The notes under the pieces are model-generated. The model worked only from the letters and a program-made list of their open reading frames with translations. It was not told the DNA's origin and made no database searches. Shown in pieces: positions 14,746 to 20,000 of a DNA stretch of 20,000 bases (its first letter is position 1; each line of letters starts with the position of its first letter). Origin of the DNA: an uncultured virus (IMG/VR IMGVR_UViG_3300042691_006655) (taxonomy: Duplodnaviria > Heunggongvirae > Uroviricota > Caudoviricetes); the IMG/VR virus record IMGVR_UViG_3300042691_006655, one strand, 5' to 3'. Both the position numbers and the translations under genes were made by a program.

Positions 14746-15698
14746 CAATCTTGAATCGTTCTTGCTAAAGGTAACCATTGGTTTCTTAGATCCTTGATAA
14801 ACTTATCCATACCCACTTGTGTCAATTCTTGTTTGTTGTAATACAAATAGTTTTCAGAATAACGACTTTTCATATCATCGCTGTTGATAACATCTGAAAA
14901 TTTCTTTCTGTACCACTCAACAATATTATCTGGAGTATCTTTTGGGAATGCCAGTAATACTCCAGCAAATGCGTTTAAACCTGGAACTTGTTGTGCCATT
15001 GTAGGGACATCTGGCATGCTTGGATGTTTAGATTCTGTAGTTAAAGCAATTGGCTTAACTTTTCCAGATTTTATTAAAGCAATAGCAGTAGATAGTGGCA
15101 TAATACCAAATTCAACTTCCTTAGCAGCTACTGCAGTAACAGCTTGTAGTGGTCCAGGGTATCTAATAGTCTGAACATTTTTTGTATCACCAGAAATCTT
15201 AGTCATAATATATTCATAAGTTATCTTATGAGCGCCACCACCAATAGCAATAGAAACTGGATTATTAGGTTTCTTTAATGTATCAACTAATTGCTTTGGA
15301 GTATTAACATCACTGTTAGATCTGGCGACAATCACTAATGGACTTTTAGCAATCATGAATGGAGTTTTAAAACTCTCATAGGTATAATTCATAACATCTT
15401 TTTGCCAAATTTCATGAGTGACAAAAATACTCATGTGTGCAACTGCTCCAATAGTGTGTCCATCTGCTTTTTGTTTAACCAAATCATTAAGCATAACAGT
15501 ACTATCTGCTCCAGGTTTTAGATTGATGATAAAATTTACATTCTTATCTCGTTTTTCAACCTCACTAGCGACTAGTCTAAAGTTCATCTCAATAGCAGAG
15601 CCTGGACCACTGCCGATCATAACATTTATTGGTTTTGTAGGTTCCCATGCGAATGCAAGGGTTGGGATAAGTAGCATGGCTACTAAGATTTTTTTCAT
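14745..15698 (-). CDS. Bug/TctC tripartite tricarboxylate transporter substrate-binding protein
   Basis: Signal peptide, then 'WEPTKPINVMIGSGPGS', 'NLKPGAD', 'KADGHT', 'RYPGPLQAVTAV', 'KSGKVKPIALT', 'PDVPT' and 'PKDTPDNIV' motifs. Confidence 0.88.
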   Translation of the reverse strand: MKKILVAMLLIPTLAFAWEPTKPINVMIGSGPGSAIEMNFRLVASEVEKRDKNVNFIINLKPGADSTVMLNDLVKQKADGHTIGAVAHMSIFVTHEIWQKDVMNYTYESFKTPFMIAKSPLVIVARSNSDVNTPKQLVDTLKKPNNPVSIAIGGGAHKITYEYIMTKISGDTKNVQTIRYPGPLQAVTAVAAKEVEFGIMPLSTAIALIKSGKVKPIALTTESKHPSMPDVPTMAQQVPGLNAFAGVLLAFPKDTPDNIVEWYRKKFSDVINSDDMKSRYSENYLYYNKQELTQVGMDKFIKDLRNQWLPLARTIQD

Positions 15699-15764
15699 TT
15701 TAAATTACCTTTTAAGTTTTAATTAAAAAGTATATTGGCACTAATCGTCCGTCAATACTATATG

Positions 15765-16313
15765 TTATAATAAAATACTTCTCACATCGTTTGGCAACAC
15801 TGGTTCGTTCATTCTCTCTGGATGCCACACTATGCCGTAGATTGGTTTATATTTATGTTTGAATGCTTCAGTATATCCACCTAAATCCATAGCAATCTTT
15901 TCCATATCTGGACCAAGTTTATCTATAGATTGACCATGATAACTATTCACAGTATAAATCTTATTATCCATAATAATCTCATGATCAGTTTGAACATGAC
16001 CATCGATATATCCATTGATACCATCAGTCAAATCATTAATAGCAAAAGCACCATGACAAAAACCAATAATTGGTTTGTTTCTTTCTAATGCGAGAGAAAA
16101 CAAAAGATTTTCTGTTTGATTTCTTTCAATACTATCTGGACCACCAGTTAATACCAAACAATCGAAATCTACATCTCTATCTATTCTTCCTAGATTAGGA
16201 ACTGGTATTAGATCATGACCAGAAAGAAAGTCATACCAACTTCTTTCCAAAGCATCGAAAGTAAAAAATGATGGAGGGATGCGAACATCCCTCTGTGAAA
16301 TCAAAATTCGCAT
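15765..16313 (-). CDS. Class I glutamine amidotransferase-like / peptidase C26 (gamma-glutamyl hydrolase, PuuD-like)
   Basis: 'LVLTGG', nucleophile 'PIIGFCHG', 'VNSYHGQ' and 'GIVWHPE' give the Cys-His-Glu triad. Confidence 0.88.
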   Translation of the reverse strand: MRILISQRDVRIPPSFFTFDALERSWYDFLSGHDLIPVPNLGRIDRDVDFDCLVLTGGPDSIERNQTENLLFSLALERNKPIIGFCHGAFAINDLTDGINGYIDGHVQTDHEIIMDNKIYTVNSYHGQSIDKLGPDMEKIAMDLGGYTEAFKHKYKPIYGIVWHPERMNEPVLPNDVRSILL

Positions 16314-16327
16314 GATAACAATGAAAT

Positions 16328-17056
16328 TTACAACGCTACTGCTAACTCTCTTGTTGGCATTCCGTATGTTTGCTTCATTGCAGTACGTCCTTCTTCAGAA
16401 ACTTGTGCAATAGACAAACAAGTATTCTCATAAAGATCCCAAACAAACTTATTAGCAAATTCTAAAGCACGTGCTTGTGCTTCTGGAGATGTGCATAATT
16501 TTTCTAATTTTAGACGACCAATTTCGCTATGAAAACGCTCATCACGTGCAATTTTTGCATAACGTGAAGAAACATAATCATCTTCTATAGAATCTGCCAT
16601 AGCTTGCCATACAACTGAAGCACGACCTTCTGCTAGGAATTGATAAAGAGCCAATACTAACTCGTCACCTTGCGCATTGTACTTGTCAAGGATGAACACA
16701 CCTTGAGATGGCATTTTCTTACCATGTGTTTTTGCCAATTCAGCTAGATCTGCTTCAACACCAGAAATATGTTCAACAACTTCTTTAACCATACGAAAGT
16801 GATTTGCCTCATCGTATGCTTGTTTAGCTAAAAGTTGCAATTCATCCATTGGAGTGTCAACTGGAGCATTAGCAACAGCTTGGCTTAATTCAACCATGTT
16901 CCAACGCTCATTAAACAAACGAATTTTAAAATAACCCATTAGTTCTTCATTGCTTGGATTTGTAGAAAAATATTCACGAGTAGTTTTATCTGCTACGTTA
17001 TAAAGAGTATCAAATGTTTTTCTTAAATCTGATACAAATTCTTTTGATGTTTTCAT
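16328..17056 (-). CDS. Ferritin-like diiron-carboxylate enzyme, paralog B
   Basis: Ligand pattern NE...DEANH...AEG...DERFH. Start reassigned to ATG 17056 (MKTSKEF) after an AAGGAA RBS, which also aligns it with paralog A. Confidence 0.8.
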   Translation of the reverse strand: MKTSKEFVSDLRKTFDTLYNVADKTTREYFSTNPSNEELMGYFKIRLFNERWNMVELSQAVANAPVDTPMDELQLLAKQAYDEANHFRMVKEVVEHISGVEADLAELAKTHGKKMPSQGVFILDKYNAQGDELVLALYQFLAEGRASVVWQAMADSIEDDYVSSRYAKIARDERFHSEIGRLKLEKLCTSPEAQARALEFANKFVWDLYENTCLSIAQVSEEGRTAMKQTYGMPTRELAVAL

Positions 17057-17069
17057 TTTAGTTCCTTGA

Positions 17070-17768
17070 TTATAGTGGACCATATGCATCTTCCATCATC
17101 TTCTTGCTTTCTGGATTCATACCAGATTTAGCACAAGTGATGAGGAACAGATCTTTACGCATAGCATCAACAACTTCTAAAACACGTTGTTGATTAACTG
17201 GATCTTCACATAAAGCCATTAGTTGGCGACGACCAATAGATGAATGGAATTTTTCGTCTTTAGCGATTTTTGCATATGTTCTTGCAATAAACTGATCTTC
17301 AATACATTCTGACATCATTTTCCAGTTACGAGCAGCACGACCTTCTGCGATTAGTTGATATACAGCTAGCATAAGTGGATCTTTATCTGCGCCATATTTC
17401 TTAATAAGTGCAGCACCTTTAGTGTTTAGTTGAGTAGAATGTTCTTTAACTGCAGCTGCGACGTCTAATTTCTCACCAGAAATGTGCTCGATAACATTTT
17501 TCACCATACGAAAATGTTTCGCTTCGTCTTGAGCTTGTTTGGCTAAAAGATTAAGTTCGGTAGTATCTGCGTCTGCAGAAGCAGAGGCGATCTGAGCAGA
17601 AATCTCAATCATATTCATTCTTTCGTTAACCATACGACCTTTAAAGTGTTCGATTAACTCTTCTTTAGATGGTTTCGAGTCAAAATATGATTTTACTTGA
17701 AGTTCTGAAGCACGAAACATTGCTTCGTTTCTTAGTTCTAAGTTTTCTATAAATTGAGCAGCTGACAT
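17070..17768 (-). CDS. Ferritin-like diiron-carboxylate enzyme, paralog A
   Basis: Ligand pattern NE...DEAKH...AEG...DEKFH; collinear with paralog B along its whole length. Confidence 0.8.
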   Translation of the reverse strand: MSAAQFIENLELRNEAMFRASELQVKSYFDSKPSKEELIEHFKGRMVNERMNMIEISAQIASASADADTTELNLLAKQAQDEAKHFRMVKNVIEHISGEKLDVAAAVKEHSTQLNTKGAALIKKYGADKDPLMLAVYQLIAEGRAARNWKMMSECIEDQFIARTYAKIAKDEKFHSSIGRRQLMALCEDPVNQQRVLEVVDAMRKDLFLITCAKSGMNPESKKMMEDAYGPL

Positions 17769-17799
17769 ATTGTGGTTTCCTATACGAGTTGATACCTAT

Positions 17800-17828
17800 T
17801 ATTTAGGTGAATTCTAATGTTATTTATA
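17800..17828 (-). promoter_or_regulatory. Tandem T4-like late promoter boxes TATAAATA (17821-17828) and CTAAATA (17800-17806)
   Basis: An exact T4 late consensus plus the variant seen elsewhere in the window, both directly upstream of the five-gene cassette. Confidence 0.65.
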
Positions 17829-17831
17829 ATA

Positions 17832-18485
17832 TCATATATTCTTGTAATTTTTATAATCTAATCTCAGTTTTTTAAATCCTGCTACCCAATTGTCTCGTTT
17901 TTCAATAAAAAGACGTGGATAGTCGTTTGCAACAGCCATAATAATAACCAGCCTTCCGATAGGAATTCCAGTTCTTTCCTCAAAAGCAACTGCATATGCA
18001 GATGTCTGCATAAAATAGTTGTGAATGTCATCTCTTTCTTTGGGGCGAGACGAAGTTTTAAAATCTATGACAGAAAGTTTACCTTGAAATTCGGCAATAC
18101 AATCTACTGTTCCAGCTACTTCTAAATGGTCGGAATATAATGGATCCTCTAACGCATGAATATTATCAATATCATCTAACCATTCTTTAATAGATGAGAA
18201 CATCTCTGCATCAAATATATCTGGGTTAACATCGTTTCCAAGCAAATAGTCTTCGCAGAGTTGGTGTATTCTGGTTCCACGATTGGCTGCAGTGGTGGAG
18301 ATTCTGTTGGCTTCTGCTTCTCCGACTCTTTTTCGCCATTCCATGATTCCCTGTTTTGTGTGCAATCCAGTAACTGTGGTGACGCTTGGATAGGATTTAC
18401 CCGATGGAGTTTTGTATACCCTCGTACCATCAGGTTTTGTGTCACGTTCAAGTTTGGGTAAATCATGATGTATAAATGTTTTCAT
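17832..18485 (-). CDS. PD-(D/E)xK exonuclease (Cas4-like, T4-like phage type)
   Basis: 'YPSVTTV', 'WRKRVG', 'RGTRIH', 'AGTVDCIA', 'IDFKTS' and 'YFMQTSAYA' motifs. Confidence 0.9.
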   Translation of the reverse strand: MKTFIHHDLPKLERDTKPDGTRVYKTPSGKSYPSVTTVTGLHTKQGIMEWRKRVGEAEANRISTTAANRGTRIHQLCEDYLLGNDVNPDIFDAEMFSSIKEWLDDIDNIHALEDPLYSDHLEVAGTVDCIAEFQGKLSVIDFKTSSRPKERDDIHNYFMQTSAYAVAFEERTGIPIGRLVIIMAVANDYPRLFIEKRDNWVAGFKKLRLDYKNYKNI

Positions 18486-19105
18486 TATGTAAGTAAATGT
18501 ATCGCTTCATTGTAATGTTTAATACGATCATCAAGACCAATGTATCCACCATTAATTTTTCGTGTCATTGTCTTAATATCACCTGCGTCTGCTTCTTTAT
18601 TTAATCCATTTTTATTCCAGAACCAAATAGCAGACATGAGCGCAAACTCACGATCTGATGTAACCCAATCTGGATTGTTAAAAAGATTCTCCCAATCTTC
18701 AAACATATCTTTAGCAAATTGCATATAATTATTTTTTCCAGTTAACTGGATTGGTCCACGTCCACGATACTTCCATCCATCGCCAGATTCCTCTGGTCCA
18801 TTACCCATGCGACCACCATACACTTTATTAGCAATCATTTCTGGTTTACGAGCATATGGTGTAGCGGACTCAAGTGTAGGAAAATATTTTTTGAAAATAC
18901 TACATAAACCTTGTGCTGAGTAATTTAAGTTTTCCTCAAATACTGTCCATCCACCAGACTCATGTCCACACTGTGCAAGAAAGGCTGCAACACGATATGC
19001 AGTATTAATTTCATATGTTGGAAATACGTTGTTCATAGAATTAGCCCAACCTGCTGGATCTTGTGCTTTTGGGAATAGATGTTTAAACTGTTCTCCTGTT
19101 ATCAT
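18485..19105 (-). CDS. Glycoside hydrolase family 19 (chitinase-like) endolysin
   Basis: 'AAFLAQCGHESG', 'EENLNYS', 'IANKVYGGRMGNG', 'DGWKYRGRGPIQLTGK', 'SAIWFW' and 'TRKINGG' motifs. Confidence 0.93.
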   Translation of the reverse strand: MITGEQFKHLFPKAQDPAGWANSMNNVFPTYEINTAYRVAAFLAQCGHESGGWTVFEENLNYSAQGLCSIFKKYFPTLESATPYARKPEMIANKVYGGRMGNGPEESGDGWKYRGRGPIQLTGKNNYMQFAKDMFEDWENLFNNPDWVTSDREFALMSAIWFWNKNGLNKEADAGDIKTMTRKINGGYIGLDDRIKHYNEAIHLLT

Positions 19106-19887
19106 TTTTGATTTCCTTCGTTATCTTCGTACTTTAATTTAGCCAGAATATAATCCTTAACTAATGAACTTCTTACGATGTCATTTGGAGTAAATTCTAT
19201 TTTTGTAAATGCTGACATGTGGTGTGCGATATCAAAAAATTTCAGAATACCAGACATATCATTTTTTCTTTTATTTAGATCTGTTTGACGATAATCACCA
19301 CACCAAATAATTTTAGAACGATAACCGACACGTGTCATAACAGTATCAATTTCTTCATATGTGAGGTTCTGCATCTCATCAACAATAATAATTGCATCAT
19401 CAAATGACATACCACGAATAAAAGAAGTAGAAATAAATTCGATATGCTTTTGTTCTTCTAATCTTTGATATGCATCATGTCTACCGAATAATGTATGACA
19501 AATCTGCTGATACGGTTGGCGATAGATTTCTGTTTTCTCATCTAAGTCACCTGGTAGATGTCCAACCTCACGTGATGGTACTGCTGAACGAACAATAATA
19601 ATTTTATTAAAGGGATTACCTTTATCAAGAACCTCTTCTAATGCTTTATACAAGGCAATAAATGTTTTTCCAGTTCCAGCAACTCCGTGTAATGCTATAA
19701 AGTAGTCTTGTCTCTTATATGCTTCATAAAATAATCTTTGATTTTCTGTCAAAGGATCAAAAGATTTTAAATCATCAATTCTTAGTCTTAAAGTATTGTT
19801 GATAGTTTGTTTATTTCTAGAATTTTCTCTAGCATCACACTGTTCATCATGTTCTACTACTTTTAGTGTGGTGGGTTTACGAGCCAT
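19102..19887 (-). CDS. phoH: PhoH-like ATPase
   Basis: Walker A 'GVAGTGKT', 'GHLPGD', 'FIRGMSF', 'IIVDEMQN', 'TRVG', 'GDYRQTD' and 'DIVRSSLVK' motifs. Confidence 0.95.
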   Translation of the reverse strand: MARKPTTLKVVEHDEQCDARENSRNKQTINNTLRLRIDDLKSFDPLTENQRLFYEAYKRQDYFIALHGVAGTGKTFIALYKALEEVLDKGNPFNKIIIVRSAVPSREVGHLPGDLDEKTEIYRQPYQQICHTLFGRHDAYQRLEEQKHIEFISTSFIRGMSFDDAIIIVDEMQNLTYEEIDTVMTRVGYRSKIIWCGDYRQTDLNKRKNDMSGILKFFDIAHHMSAFTKIEFTPNDIVRSSLVKDYILAKLKYEDNEGNQK

Positions 19888-19902
19888 TGAGACTCCTTAA
19901 AA

Positions 19903-19998
19903 TTATAGTTGAGAAGAGGACTTATCTAATTGACTTCCTGGAGTTTTTTCGTGGATTCTTTGCAGTACCTCCTTAAATCCTGTGTCATATTTCTTGAC
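19903..19998 (-). CDS. 3' end of a gene entering from outside the window; probably an FmdB-like zinc-ribbon protein
   Basis: Manual translation ...VKKYDTGFKEVLQRIHEKTPGSQLDKSSSQL* resembles the C-terminus of the small protein usually found upstream of phoH in T4-like phages. Confidence 0.55.
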   Translation of the reverse strand, partial: VKKYDTGFKEVLQRIHEKTPGSQLDKSSSQL

Positions 19999-20000
19999 TG

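Noticed and set aside
15727..15755. Possible internal promoter TTGACG-N17-TACTTT, or weak hairpin terminator, before the Bug gene
   Set aside because: The -10 match is poor and the stem is imperfect; it cannot be distinguished from chance in AT-rich DNA.
17832..18485. Cas4-like nuclease as evidence of a CRISPR system
   Set aside because: No repeat-spacer array or other cas genes are present in the window; this exonuclease is a common T4-like phage gene.
8922..18728. Shadow ORFs 8922-9182, 10325-10555, 10431-10694, 12345-12590, 14226-14408, 14884-15174, 15418-15726, 18176-18466, 18261-18461 and 18540-18728
   Set aside because: They overlap conserved genes on the other strand or in another frame and have no independent support.
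1..20000. Stop-codon reassignment (alternative genetic code)
   Set aside because: Core genes are full length under the standard code, and TAA, TGA and TAG all occur as ordinary stops.

Overview
AT-rich segment of a large T4-like (Tevenvirinae-related) myovirus genome. The host is probably a proteobacterium, most likely Burkholderiales (inferred from a Bug/TctC gene and the ssrA tag). Bases 1-7531 hold baseplate, tail and head-completion genes: a gp27-like hub (partial), gp53, gp48, gp4, gp2, gp54-like, gp16, gp26, gp51 and a tape-measure-like gene. Bases 7597-9579 hold replication and late-transcription genes (gp32, gp59, gp33). Bases 9572-13656 hold small accessory genes plus Gp88-like, ClpP-like and SleB-like hydrolase genes. 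Bases 13775-14141 contain a circularly permuted (two-piece) tmRNA gene whose intervening segment is almost entirely filled by an unannotated 41-codon membrane-peptide ORF with its own RBS. Bases 14149-17768 form a five-gene cassette: two paralogous ferritin-like diiron enzymes, a class I glutamine amidotransferase/peptidase C26, a Bug/TctC solute-binding protein and a 2OG-Fe(II)/cupin oxygenase. Bases 17832-20000 carry a PD-(D/E)xK exonuclease, a GH19 endolysin, PhoH and a partial FmdB-like gene. Other signals are a likely -1 frameshift fusing gp26 to gp51 just upstream of the tape-measure gene and two leaderless sigma70 promoters. All family calls come from motif recognition by eye; no database searches were run.
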